NCBI RefSeq assembly: GCF_009914755.1
Contig: NC_060947.1
Reading direction: 5' to 3' (one strand)
DNA length: 64,000 nucleotides
Source of the DNA: the human T2T-CHM13v2.0 reference genome, Homo sapiens
Position numbers and translations under genes: made by a program. Of this stretch, positions 47,101-60,378 are shown piece by piece. Under the pieces are notes generated by a model. That model saw only the letters and a list, made by a program, of their open reading frames with translations, had not been told where the DNA came from and ran no database searches. Each line of letters opens with the position of its first letter. Position 1 is the first letter of the stretch.

Positions 47101-49742
47101 TGGCTGCTGCTGCCCTAATACTTTTAGAGGCCCTCAAAATCACAAACTCTGCTCAACTCAGTCTCTACAGTTCTCATAACTTCCAAAATCTATTTTCTTC
47201 CTCACACCTGACACATATACTTTCTGCTCCCTGGCTCCTTCAGCTATACTCACTCTTTGTTGAGTCTCCCACAGTTACCATTGTTCCTGGCCTGGACATC
47301 AATCTGGCCTCCCACACTATTCCGGATAACACTCCTGAACCCCATGACTGTATCTCTCTGATCCACCTGACATTCACTCCATTTCCCCATGTTTCCTTCT
47401 TTCCTGTTCCTCACCCTGATCACACTTGGTTTATTGATGGCAGTTCCACTAGGCCTAATTGCCACTCACCAGCAAAGACGGGCTATGCTATAGTATCTTC
47501 CACACTTATCATTGACGCTACTGCTCTTCCCCCCTCCACTACCTCTCAGCAAGCCGAACTCATTGCCTTAACTCGAGCCCTCACTCTTGCAAAGGGACTA
47601 CCCATCAATATTCATACTGACTCTAAATATGCCTTCCATATCCTGCACCACCATGCTGTTATATAGGCAGAAAGAGGTTTCCTCACTATGCAAGGGTCCT
47701 TCATCATTAATACCTCTTTAATAAAAACTCTTCTCAAGGCCGCTTTACTTCCAAAGGAAGCTGGAGTCATTCACTGCAAGGGCCATCAAAAGGCATCAGA
47801 TCCCATCGCTCAGGGCAACGCTTATGCTGATAAGGTAGCTAAAAAGCAGCTAGCATTTCAACTTCTGTCCCTCATGGCCAGTTTTTCTCCTTCTCACTGG
47901 TCACTCCCACCTACTCTCCCACTGAAACTTCCACCTATCAATCTCTTCCCACACAAGGCAAATGGTTCTTGGACCAAGGAAAATATCTCCTTCCAGCCTC
48001 ACAGGCCCATTCTATTCTATCATCATTTCATGGCCTCTTCCATGTAGGTTACAAGCTGCTAGCCCGCCTCTTAGAACCTCTCATTTCCTTTCCATCATGG
48101 AAATCTGTCCTCAAGAAAATCACTTCTCAGTGTTCCATCTGCTATTCTATTACTCCTCAAGAATTTCTCAGGCCCCCTCCCTTCCCTACACATCAAGCTC
48201 GAGGATTTGCCCCCGCCCAGGACTGGCAAATTGACTTTACTCACATGCCCCGAGTCAGGAAACTAAAATACCTCTTGGTCTGGGTAGACACTTTCACTGG
48301 GTGGGTAGAGGCCTTTCCCACAGGGTCTGAGAAGGCCACTGCAGTCATTTCTTCCCTTCCGTCAGACATAATTCCTCGGTTTGGCCTCCCCACCTCTATA
48401 CAGTCTGATAGCGGACTGGCCTTTATTAGTCAAATCAGCCAAGCAGTTTCTCAGGTGCTTGGTATTCAGTGAAACCTTTATATCCCTTACGGTCCTCAAT
48501 CTTCAGGAAAGGTAGAATGGACTAATGGTCTTTTAAGAACACACCTCACCAAGCTCAACCACCAACTTAAAAAGGACTGGACAATACTTTTACCACTTGC
48601 CCTTCTCAGAATTTGGACCTGTCCTCGGAATGCTACAAGGTACAGCCCATTTAAACTCCTGTGTAGATGCTCCTTTTTGTTAGGCCGCAGTCTCATTCCA
48701 GACACCAGACCAACTTGGACTGTGCCCCCAAAAGCTTGTCATCCCTACTATCTTCTGTCTAGTCATACTCCTATCCACTATTCTCAACTACTCATAAATG
48801 CCCTAATCTTGTTTACACTGCCCATTTACACTGTTTCTCCAAGCCATCACAGCTGATATCTCCTGGTGCTATCCCAAAACCGCCACTCTTAACTCCCTTT
48901 TAAAGTAAATAAATAATCTTGGCTGACAGGGCTATGCTGAACCTCCTTAGGGACTCTCTAATTGGATGTCCTGGGTCCTCCCAATTCTTAGTCCTTTAAT
49001 ACCTGTTTTTCTCCTTGTCTTATTCTGTTCTTTTTTCAATTCATACAAAACCGTATCCAGGCCATCACCAATAATTCTATACGACAAAAATGTTTCTTCT
49101 AACAACCCCACAATATCGCCCCTTACCACAAAATCTTCCTTCAGCTTAATCTCTCCCACTCTAGGTTCCCACGCCGCCCCTAATCCCGCTCGAAGCAGCC
49201 CTAAGAAACATCGCCCATTATCTCTCCATACCACCCCCAAAAATTTTCGCTGCCCCAACACTTCAACATTATTTTATGTTATTTTTCTTATTAATATAAG
49301 AAGACAGGAATGTCAGGCCTCTGAGCCCAGGCTAAGCCATCATATCCCCTGTGACCTGCACCTATACATCCAGATGGCTTGAAGCAACTGAGGATCCACA
49401 AAAGAAGTGAAAATAGCCTTAACTGATGACATTCCACCATGGTTATTTGTTTCTGCCCCACCCTAACTGATCAATGTATTTTGTAATCTCCCCCACCCTT
49501 AAGAAGGTTCTTTGTAATTCTCCCCACCCTTGAGAATGTACTTTGTGAAATCCACCCCCTGCCCGCAAAACATTGCTCCTAACTCCACCGCCTATCCCAA
49601 AACCTATAAGAATTAATGATAATCCCACCACGCTTGCTGACTCTCTTTTTGGACTCAGCCCGCCTGCACCCAGGTGAAATAAACAGCTTTATTGCTCACA
49701 CAAAACCTGTTTGGTGGTCTCTTCACATGGACACGTGAGACA
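44111..49742 (+). mobile_element. HERV-H provirus (defective gag-pro-pol, env largely deleted, 5' LTR reduced to ~32 bp)
   Basis: Gag zinc knuckle CYKCQKSGHWAKEC; protease-like FLINTEATHS; RT (YSVLDLKHAFF, VLPQGFADSP); RNase H (WFIDGSS, SQQAELIAL, IHTDSKYAF); integrase (WQIDFTHMP, VDTFTGWVEAFP); polypurine tract at 49298-49310; TSD gcact/gtact; many stops and frameshifts. Confidence 0.95.
49311..49742 (+). mobile_element. LTR7-family 3' LTR of HERV-H
   Basis: tgtcaggcctctgagcccaggctaagccatc...aaataaacagc...ctcttcacatggacacgtgagaca. Confidence 0.95.
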
Positions 49743-52579
49743 GTACTGACCTCCTGTCTCATCCTGTGACATAGAATGCCTAACCTCCTGGGAATGCAGC
49801 CCAGTAGGTCTCAGCCTTATTTTATCCATCCCCTGTTCAAGATGGAGACAATCTATTTTGAATGTCTCTGACAAGAGGATTTCCAGAGTTCCTTTTTTCA
49901 CCATTTTTACCCACAAGTCTGTCTATTTCAGTTTTTTGAAAAATAAAAAATAATCACTTTCTTTGATATCCTGCATTGAAGTCATTTTTTCCTTATAATT
50001 TTACATAAGGTTTTAATTTGGCCACAATTTTTATTTGTACTTTGTGAAACTAAAACACTTCAGAGCAAAGCAACTCCCTGCGAGGTAACAGGAGCCATGC
50101 TTCTCTGAGTGCAGAGTAGAAAAAATGGCCAGAATATATTTCCAATAGACCTCTGAGCAGCCACAAAGAGATAGAAGAATATCTAGCTAAGCAGTACTTG
50201 ACACCCTGGCTTTCACAGATTCTAAGCGTGCTGTTCCCTCTACCACTGTCCTTTGAAATGCTAATTAGCAGATTAACCACCTTTCACAGATCTTTAAGTA
50301 CTTTTTCTCCTTAATTTAAAGGTCTTTGTTCTGTGAGATCTAAAACTAAGTCCATGACAGACTCAAAAAATTCACACTTCCTCTTGTTGCTTTTGGGATG
50401 CATTTGTTTATGTAAAGGTTGGGGCAGATGTCTGCCTAGAGTTTAAAACAGTTGTAGCCACTTCCTCTGAAAAAGTTTCCTAGCCTCTCAAGACTTTTGT
50501 TCACTTTCACCTCCCCAACACATGCTTGCATTGCACTTGGTTATACTCTGTACCTTTTACTACCATTTAAAAATTATCATTTTACTTTTCAGTATTCCCT
50601 GGTAGACCATACATTTTTCCAGGTCAGTGGTTATATTTGGTTTTAATCAATGCCCTGAGTATAGTATAAAGTCAGTAAATGACTGTTGATTTACTCCTTC
50701 ATTGATTAGTTGACTTAAAAAATAGATTTATGAAAGACATAACAATATTTTTGATATTATATTGACAAAATAAAACTCTTCTGACTCCCAGAAATAAAAT
50801 TCAATTAAAATAATGTCTGACTGGCAATTCTGCTTTGCTTTAGCTGTTATTTAAAAATTTCAAAACTAGAAGTGTTGGAATTTGAAGCAAGGCAACGAGA
50901 AAATATAAAACACTTAGAGCATAATTGATAGTTGAATTTGAAACAAAGCTAAACTTTTTTTTTATGAGACAGAGGAAGACATAGACAAAGAAGAGAGAGA
51001 GAGAGAAACCAGCAGAAGAGGAAAGAGAGATAACAAATAGATTCCAAATTTAGAGGGGATGGAAATGAAAAGAGAAATAGAAGAGAAACAAAAATGGCTT
51101 TAAGTACTTTACTTTAATTTTTAATATTTATTGGTTAGTCATCATTTTAAATTGATTGATGTCTTTCAAAAGTATTTCTATTAACAGTTTAATCTTAAAT
51201 GTGACAGAATTAGTTAAAACGTACATGGTATAGCTATTGACAAAAGTGTCTTTAAAATCTGGAAAAGCTGATAAATAGAGTGTGATATTAAGACATCCTG
51301 AGTACAAGACAAATGTTCCCATGTCTCTTAGCTGTGTCACATCAAATGGTATGTACTTTTAAAAATGTCATTGTTTTATTCTTAATTTATTCTGAAACTT
51401 AAAAGAGGAATTCCTGACTCCAAAACAACAGAGAAAAAGCTATATTCTTCCTCAAGCCTAGTTTTATTGTACTGCTTGTGTGGACTCTTAGTCCATTTGG
51501 CTCTGGAAGTTGAACACATTCCTACTGATATTTACATGAAAGCTCTTAAATTCTAAGAATTGATTGAGGAAGGGGGACCAGTGTAAACAATGATACTGTT
51601 ACATGGCAGAATAGGTATTATGAAATGCATTTGCCAAACTGAAATAGTATGAGTTTAACAAAGCTAATAATTACTTCTGAGATCCAAACTGCATGTATGT
51701 ACCCATGTGTACACACTTTTACGGATGTATTGGCAGGGGGTATGAAAGAGAGCTTCTGAAGTAGGCATGAAAGAAGGCAGAAACAAATATAATTTATAAT
51801 TTAATTTGCCTGACTTTAAGTTCCTTACCCTTTTGTGCAAAAGGTGAGACAAATACAGAAATGACAATATTAACTGTGCCAGAATATAATGTGAATCAAG
51901 ATAAACTATAAAGGACAGTGTAAGATCAGAACAGACAAGAGTATAACATCTCCATGGGGACAGAGAGAAAGTTTAATAAAAGACAGGAGTTAGCACTTGG
52001 AGTTAGGTAGCATGAAGTGGCCCCATCACAGCATTGTTATTACTTTCTCTAGCAAAGTGCATCAGCCCCAGGTGCTGTACTACAGTAAAATGTTTCTTAT
52101 GTTTGGAACTCTTTTTTCTAAAAAGCTGATGTAGGAAATTGCCTGTTAACCTCCTCATAGGTTTCTGCAAAATATTGAGTAGATGTAGATAGGAATAGCT
52201 TTGCAACTCCTCTTTGCCACCTGCAATATAAGGATCTGAGCCCATTTGACTATAAAACTCCCAAGTACACTTCCTTTCCGTTGTAGCACTTATAAACGAA
52301 TGACACAGAGGTTTCCCCCAGGTAATTCTGTTTCTTCAAAATTGCTTGGTTGACATGTTATTCTTCCCTCCTTCTCCTCAGAGTTCTTGTGAATTTCTCA
52401 ACTGGAAGACAGGGACTCTTTACGTAGTTAAATCTGAATACTTATTAGACACTTGGGAGGGGCAATGAAAGAGCTTTTGGGAAACTGGTAATATTTTATG
52501 TCCTGATTCATCTTCTCATTGTATGAGTTATGCTTAGCTTGTGAAAAAAATCACTGAGTTTTTCACTTATATGCATATC

Positions 52580-55155
52580 TTACTGTGCTTTCTGTTGCTT
52601 ATCACAGAATACCTGAAACTGGGTGATATGGTTTGGCTCTGTGTCCCTACTCAAATCTCACCTTTAATTGTATTAATCCTCATGTGTCATAGGAGGGACC
52701 CAGTGAGAGGTAATTGAATCATGGGGGCAGGTTTTTCCCATGCTGTTCTTGTGATAGGGAATAAGTTTCACGAGATGTGATGGTTTTATAAGGGGGGGTT
52801 CCCCTGTATACACTCTCTTGCCTGCCACCATGTAAGACATGACTTTGCTCCTCCTTTGCCTTCCGCCATGATTGGGAGGCCTCCCCAACCATGTGGAATT
52901 GTGAGTCAATTAAACCTCTTTCCTTTACAAATTACCCAGTCTTGGGTATATCTTTATTAGCAGTGTGAGAACAGACTAATACAGTAAATGGTTATCAGGA
53001 ATGGGGTGCTGCTGTAAAGATACCCAAAAATGTGGACATGACTTTGGAACTAGGTAGCAAGCAGAGGTGGAACAGATTTGAGGGCTCAGAAGAAGACAGA
53101 AAAATGTGGGAAAGTTTGGAACTTCCTAGAGAGTTGGAGGGCTCAGAAGACAGGAAGATGTGGGAAAGCTTGGAACTTCCTAGAGATCTGTGGAACTTTG
53201 AACTTGAGAGAGATAATTTAGGGTGTCTTGTGGAAGAAGTTTCTAATCTATAAAGCATTCAACAGGTAGCAGTGCACAAAAGTTTGAAAAATGTGCAGCC
53301 TGATGAGGCTATAAAAAAGAAAAACCCATTTTCCAGGGAGAGATTCAAGCCTGCTGCAGAAATTTGCATAAGTAACGAGGAGCCAAATTTTAATCGCAAG
53401 ACAATGGGAAAAATGTCTTCAGGGCATGTCAGAGGTCTTTGCAGCAAGCCCTCCCATCAGAGGCCTGGAGGCTTAGGAGGGAAAAATGGTTTTATGGGCA
53501 TGTCGCAGGGCCCCCCTGCTCTATGCAGCCTCAGGACTTGGTGCCCTGCCTCTCAGCTGCTTCAGCTCCAGCTATGGCTAAAAGGGGCCAAGGTACAGTT
53601 CAGGCCATTGCTTTAGAGGGTGCAAGACCCAAGCCTTGGCAGCTTCCATTTGGTGTTGAGTCTGTGGGTGCACAGAATCAAGAATTGATGTTTGGGAACC
53701 TCTGCCTAGATTTCGGAGGATTTATGGAAATACCTGAATGTCCAGGCAGAAGTTTGCTGCAGGGGCAGGGCCCTCATAGAGAACCTCTGCTAGGGCAGAG
53801 CAGAAGGGAAATTTGGGGTGTGAGCCCCCACACAGAGTCCCCACTTGAGGTACTGTCCAGTGGAGCAGTGAGAAGAGGGCCACTGTCCTCCAGATCCTGG
53901 AATGGTAGATCCACCAACAGCTTGCACTGTGCACCTGGCAAAGCCGCAGACACTCAACACCAACCTGTGAAAGCAACTGGGAGGGGCGCTGTACTCTGCA
54001 AAGCCAAAGGAGCAGAGCTACGCAAGGCCATGGGAACCCACCTCTTGCATTAGGGTGACCTGGATATGAGACATGGAATCAAAGAAGATCATTTTGGAAC
54101 TTTAAGGTTTAATGAATGCCCTATTGGATTTTGGACTTGTGTGAAGAAATTGTTTTGGCCAATTTGGAAAGGGTATATTTACCCAATGCCTGTACCCCCA
54201 TTGTATCTGGGAAGTAACTCACTTGCTTATGATTTGACAGGCTCATAGGTGGAAGGGACTTGCTTTGTGTCAGATAAGACTTTGGACTGTGAAGTTTTGA
54301 GTTACTGCTGAAATGAGTTCAGACTTTGGGGGACTCTTGGGAAGGCATGATGGTGTTTTGAAATGTGAAAGGGACATGAGATTTGGGAGGGGTGAGGGTG
54401 GAATGATATGATGTGGCTCTGTGTCCCCACCCAAATCTCACCTTGAATTGTAATAACCCCCACGTGTGTGGGAGGGACTTGGTGGGAGGTATTTGAATCA
54501 CAGGGGTGCATTTTTTTTTTAGCTGTTCTCGTGATGGTGAATAAGTTTCACAAGATCTGATGTTTATAAGGGGGAGTTCCCCTGCACACACTCTCTTACC
54601 TGCCACCATGTAAGATGTGACTTTGCTCCTTATTTGCCTTCTGCCATGATTGTGAGGCTTCCCTACCCACATGGAACTGTGAGTCCATTAAACCTCTTTT
54701 CTTTATAAATTACCCAGTCTCAGCCATGTCTTTATTAGCAGTGTGAGGACAGACTAATATACTGGGTAATTTATAAAGAAAAGGAATTTACTTTTTATAG
54801 TTTTGGAGACGGAGATGTCCACGGTTAAGGGGCTGAAGCTGGTGAAGGCCTTCTTGCTGGTGGGGACTCTTTGCAGAGTCTTAATGCAGTGTAGGCCATC
54901 ACATGATGAAGAGGCTAAACATGCTAGTTCAGGCTTTTCTCCCTCTTCTTACAAAGCCACTGGTCTCACTCCCATGATAACCCATCAATGCATTAACCCA
55001 TTAACCTATTAATCCATGAATTAATTTATCTATTTATAAGCACAGAGCTGTCAAGACTCAATTACTTCTTAAACGCCCCGCCTCTCAATACTGCCACACT
55101 GGGGATTAAGTTTCAGCAAGAGTTTTGATAGGAGACCAATACTTCAACCATAGCA
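52580..55155 (-). mobile_element. MSTB/MSTC-like MaLR LTR, split by the THE1 element
   Basis: cagaatacctgaaactggg|...|ctgggtaatttataaagaaaaggaattta...caaccatagca. Confidence 0.8.
52624..54761 (+). mobile_element. Complete THE1 (THE1C/D-like) element: LTR 52624-52983, internal 52984-54403, LTR 54404-54761
   Basis: Two direct LTRs starting tgatatg and ending agactaata(c/t)a; MaLR internal sequence; perfect 5-bp TSD ctggg. Confidence 0.93.
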
Positions 55156-56962
55156 GTACACTCTTCTATCTATAAATTATATTTCACCAAAAAGTTGAAA
55201 AGAAAAATTTATTAATAAGAAAACACCAGATAAAATATTATAAATATTTTAATTATAAAAATATAATTAATTCAGCCTTACTTCAGTGGTTGCTATATGA
55301 AGTTGTCAAGCCTATGTTTCCATTCTGCCAAAATTTAGATACAGAGTGTCCATTCGTGAATAAACAATGGCTAAATCCTTGGGGAACCTGTACAATGGGG
55401 CTTTTTGATTCCTTGTCATGCTCTTGAGAAGATTCACACAGAACCCATATTGTGTGGAGTTTGCTGCTAATGATGACTAGTTGTCTCTGCATTCTACAGA
55501 CACACTGCCCCCAACTCCCAGGCCTTACAGGCCCATACACACACTTATTTCTGTCAACTATTCCAAAAAGTTGAAAAAAATGTTTCCTTTACCCTGTTAC
55601 TCCATCTTGTCCCAACCTTTTCCTAGATGCCCTCCACTTGATCCTTTATTGAAATCTAGATTTTTACTTTTAGATCTACCAGAGGTCTTGTGTCTGCACC
55701 AAAGCAATTTGCTGGTGGCTCATCTCATGATAGAGAACTGTGGTGTTTGTCTACTCTCCACTGTAGCATTACGTTAGAAAAGAGATTTTGTATAGATTTG
55801 TGACATTTTGCTTTCAGTGCACATACGTCTAACTTCTTTGAAGCACTCCCTGCAACTCTCTTCATCCTTTTATTTTTGAGAAATCAGGACCTTCAGAGAT
55901 GAAGTTTGATTACCCCACAGGTAGCTGAATATTTCATAATCAAATGCCCTTATGAATATTTTCTTTTATTATTTTTTTCATAGATAAGTATCAGTCTACA
56001 TTAAACTTGGGAAGCAAATCATCCTTAAAGCAGCTATACAAATGAAAACAAAATTTTGGTTCACCTTGCACTTTCCAAAAGTTGTATATTCTTTTTGTTC
56101 TCCAATTTATACTTTGCATTGGAACTGCTGCCCCTCTTCCCCTGAAGTATAGCGACTAACACACAGCAGGCCCTCAACAAATGCCTGTTAAGGGTATGAA
56201 AGTTTTTCTCCTGTGCTTCTGACTTTGAATTCACTTTCTTTATTCCAAATGATGCTGAAAAACAAGAAAACTAAATAACCTTATCAGTGTGCTGAGAAGT
56301 GATCAAAATGAAGATAATGGAGAATATCATACTTTTATTTTTGGAAATCCCTGGGTAAAGAGCTTGAATTAGGGGAGGGATAGAAGGGAGAGTCACAAAG
56401 AATGTCTTGGTCCAACCAGTTCTCATCTCTACTGTTGCTGGTTTGCCTTGAGTTTTGGTAACTAGACTAGCAAATATAAAGATACCCCTTTCTGCATGAC
56501 ATTCATATGTGGCTTCATTTCAACATCATTAATATTTTATCACACAATATATTTATTTAAATGTGTAATTTTGGAAGCATTGCTGTATTTTGAATTACAA
56601 GTTTAATTGTCCTGGGAACATATATTCCCTGAAAAATAGGTTTGCACAATCTAATGAATGTTATGGAACAAAAAGGTTCTTTTGAGAAGAAAGATAAGAG
56701 CTGATATCCTTGTATTCAGACAAAATGCTTTCCAGTGCTTTGCAAATAATTTACTACTTTGCTTCAATCCTTATACTTTTTAACTTCTCTGCGGCGTTTG
56801 GCACTATGACCACCTTTTTCTTGCCGGCTACCCTTCCATGGTTTCCAAAATACTTCATTCTCCTATACCTCCTTCTACATCTCTGATAGTGTCTTCTCAG
56901 GATTCATCCATGACTTCTCTAGTCCTCAAAACGTAAGCATTTCCTAAAGTTCTGTCTTTGCA

Positions 56963-57270
56963 TTTTCTTTCTTTCTTTCTTTTTTTGAGACGAAATTTCG
57001 CGCTTATCACCCAGGCTGGAGTGCGGTGCTCTCTGATCCCGGCTCACTGCAACCTCTGCCTCCAGGTTCAAGCGATTCTCCTGCCTCAACCTCACAAGTA
57101 GCTGGGACTACAGGTGCCCACCACCACACCCAGCTAATTTTTGTATTTTTGGTAGAGGCGGGGTTTCACCATGTTGGCCAGGCTGGTCTCGAACTCCTGA
57201 CCTTGGGTGATCCGCCCGCCTCAGCCTCCCAAAGTGCTGGGATTACAGGCGTGAGCCGCCGCGGCCAGCC
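56963..57270 (-). mobile_element. AluS
   Basis: Antisense full dimer; TSD tgcattttctttctt. Confidence 0.93.
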
Positions 57271-58749
57271 TGCATTTTCTTTCTTATCCCTATGGGCATG
57301 TACCTGTTTATCACATGAGAGCGAGTATAGGTTTTATGTAAATGTCCCTCAAATCCATCTCTAGAGTAATTTCCTTGACAAAGCAAAATGAGTATAGTTG
57401 TGAATGAAGAGTGAGATTATTTGAGCTTAAGGTTAGAGAAATAAAGCCGTTTCAGGTGTTATAGGCTCATGAGCTATAATTTGCTGACCCCTTAAATAAG
57501 GGAGTGACCAATAATTAGTTGGTAGAATAACAAGGAGACTTAAAAGGTGATATAGCTGAATGCCATGAGCCTTCAAAAAGCAATGGTTTTTATATGACCA
57601 TGGTTGAATACTAGTCTAGAAGTAGGATAAAGACACTTCTTGACCTTGAATTAGTTGGGGTATAGAAAACATAAGCATAATTTATTTTGAGAGGGCTTTA
57701 AGAAAAGTGATGAATACCCAGTATCAGTAAAGACAGGAGAGAATATCTAATAAAGAGGTTGAAGATGAGATTGTAAACCGCAGAATGGAGGTATGGATGG
57801 CAAGGTCAAGATTTCACTGAAGTCTTCTAAAGCCAATACCAATTCTATTTTCATTACCTTAGAGCTGAAAAACAACTTCTCATTAATTAAATGCTTTCAG
57901 TGCTTTGAAAGGTATGCATTCTTCTCATATTGCATCCTGAATATAATTCAAAGTCAGGTAAGTTCTGTCCCTGTTTTGATTTTTTTTAGTACCTTTGCAA
58001 GACTCTTTATATCAAGACTCACACAAGAGAAATTTGATTGTCAACGTTTGTTTATATACATATGTATATGCATTACCATACTGCATTCGCTGGCTATTGG
58101 TCAATTTGAAATATGTTTCATAATAATTATATAATTTATAATACAGCTTTATTTTAGAATGCATTAGAATTAATCCTCGAGTTCTATTCCATTCACTATG
58201 GTAACCATAAGGAAACCTGGCTTTAAACTTTTGGTAAGGTCCACAATGATTTATTATGCAAAACTACAGCAGGGCAAATTTTAGCTATAAAACGTGACCT
58301 TTTTAGTGTCCTATTTCCTGAAACATGGCCCAAAGTTATTTGATTTTCCACAGTTATTCAATATCATAAATTGTTGCTGTTCTCTTCAAATTGAAATGTA
58401 TTGAGCACTGTTATTTTATTGTAGAGCAAAACAATAGCAAGCCAAATTGAATACAAACACGAACACATACATGCACAAACACACAAGCAGGGACATTTGT
58501 ACAACACGTGCTCAGGGAATATCCTCCCAAGAAGAAAATCTCTGGCAAAGCTCTTATTTAGCTTCCTTGTCTTTTGGATACATGATTTAAGATATTTTCT
58601 CCATCCTATTCAATTCCGATAAGATTACTTCTCTTATCTCATGTGGCCATTTTTATCCCATAAGATGAATTTTCGTCCATCTGCATTATTTCCACCACCC
58701 AGTGGATTTTGTAATGATCTGTTTGTTTTATATCATTAATATTAATATC

Positions 58750-58960
58750 TACATGGTTTCAGTACTTTTTAATGTGCTAGGCACTGTGTTATCTTCTTTA
58801 CACGTACTAATATATTCCTCACAACAGTTCCATGAATTACTTTAATTTTATGAGTGCAGAAACTAAGGCTCAGAGACAGCACATGGCCAGAAAATGCTGG
58901 GAACAGATTCTGAACTACAGTTTACCTCACTTCAAAGCAAACGTTCTTTCTACAACACTG
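58750..58960 (-). mobile_element. MIR SINE
   Basis: tgtgctaggcactgtg...cctcacaacag...gaaactaaggctcagaga. Confidence 0.7.
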
Positions 58961-59985
58961 AAACCCCAGTGAAATTTGTAAAATGTCAAGCAATGCATTC
59001 TTCTTTTAGAATTATGATAAGGAAGCCATGAGAAGTGAAATTGTTACATAGCAAAATATTTAGAATAAGGAAAAATACAAATAAGGGAAAAGAAGAAAAT
59101 AAATATTACTTGTAATTCCATTCCGCCAAAATAATTACCTTTACCAATGTAGTGTTTATTGTTTCAGATGCTTTTTCTTATATGTCATAATACAATATTT
59201 TAAAATAAAATGGTTATTTTATTGATGTATCCTGTGTTTTTCTCCCCATTAGTAACTAGTGAATATTTCTCAGTGTCAGTAAGTTTATGTTTGTCAGGTT
59301 AGATTTCAAAAAAAGCACATCTTTTCATTGTCTAAAAATAGTGTCAGTTTTTAACCAATTCTTCATTGTTGGATATATTCATTACATAAAATATTTTTAA
59401 AAATTTGTATTATTAAAATGATATGATCAAAATCTTAGTACATTATAGGTCTTTATACACCCCTAAGTATTATCTTATGATTACAAGAATGATTATTTAT
59501 TATTCATTGGGATTCAACAATTTTGCATTGAGAGCCTTTGTGCTACCTGGTATGACACTAGAAGACAGAATAGGAGCCCCTGAAAAAGAGCACACTTACT
59601 TATATACAGAAACTTGATATATGACAGAAGTGACATTACGTATAACTGGATAGAATTGCTGAAAAAATTAGTTAGCATATAGAAAAATAAAATTAAAGTT
59701 TTCCTTAATACAATAACACAAAAATACCTTCCTGGTGGATTAAAGTTGTGTTTGGTAGTAAAGAAGAATCCCTTAAATAAAAACCTAAAAAACACAAACC
59801 GTAGCAGACAATATTGATAATTATGACTATAATGACATTTAAACCTTCTGTGTATCAAAAAAACCTTCAGAGTTAAATGTAAGCAAGGCTTTGTAAAAAA
59901 GCTCAATGAGAGTGACATCAGCAAGGTCGTGGAATAGGACTCTTCAGCTTGTCCTCTTGCAGAAATATCAATGTAAAAAACAATC

Positions 59986-60207
59986 AGCCAGGCACGGTGG
60001 CTCACGCCTGTAATCCCAGCACCTTGGGAGGCTGAGGTGGGTGGATCACGAGGTCAAGAGATCAAGACCATCCTGGCCAACATGGTGAAACCCCGTCTCT
60101 ACTAAAAATACAAAAATAAGCTGGATATGGTGGTGTGTGTCTGTACTCCCAGCTACTTGGGAGGCTGAGGCAGGAGAATCACTTGAACCCATGAGGCGGA
60201 GGTTGCA
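59986..60207 (+). mobile_element. AluS (Sc-like), 3'-truncated, no tail
   Basis: Left arm, linker and part of the right arm, ending at gaggttgca. Confidence 0.9.
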
Positions 60208-60214
60208 ATAACAA

Positions 60215-60378
60215 CATGACATTCATATCTGGGCCTTCATTTCAACATCATTAATATTTTATTTATTAATCACACAATTTATTTATTTAAAAGTGTAATT
60301 TCAGAAGCATTGCTGTATTTTGAACTATAAGTTTATTGTCCTAGGAACATATATTTCCTGAAAAATAGCTTTGCACAA
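60215..60378 (+). repeat. ~160 bp direct copy of 56495-56649
   Basis: catgacattcatat...ttcaacatcattaatatttt...gaagcattgctgtattttgaa...tttgcacaa occurs twice, ~88% identical by eye. Confidence 0.9.

Larger units (their letters stand above)
43602..49873 (-). mobile_element. MER41-like solo LTR, split by HERV-H (pieces 43602-44110 and 49743-49873)
   Basis: tgttattggaaagggatcctgatccagaccccaagaga...ctctgaca; perfect 4-bp TSD agag on both sides. Confidence 0.85.

Noticed and set aside
46152-48472. HERV-H pol ORFs (216, 188, 119, 167 aa) as a domesticated gene
   Set aside because: Fragmented by stops and frameshifts; no intact YxDD motif in RT; typical defective HERV-H
49900-52560. Long AT-rich stretch without obvious repeats, as a possible hidden gene
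   Set aside because: No convincing ORF, CpG island, splice-site pair or RNA-gene motif was visible; cannot be excluded without conservation or expression data
53439-54053. 204 aa ORF
   Set aside because: Lies in THE1 internal sequence, has a non-ATG start, and is a fragment of the decayed MaLR ORF
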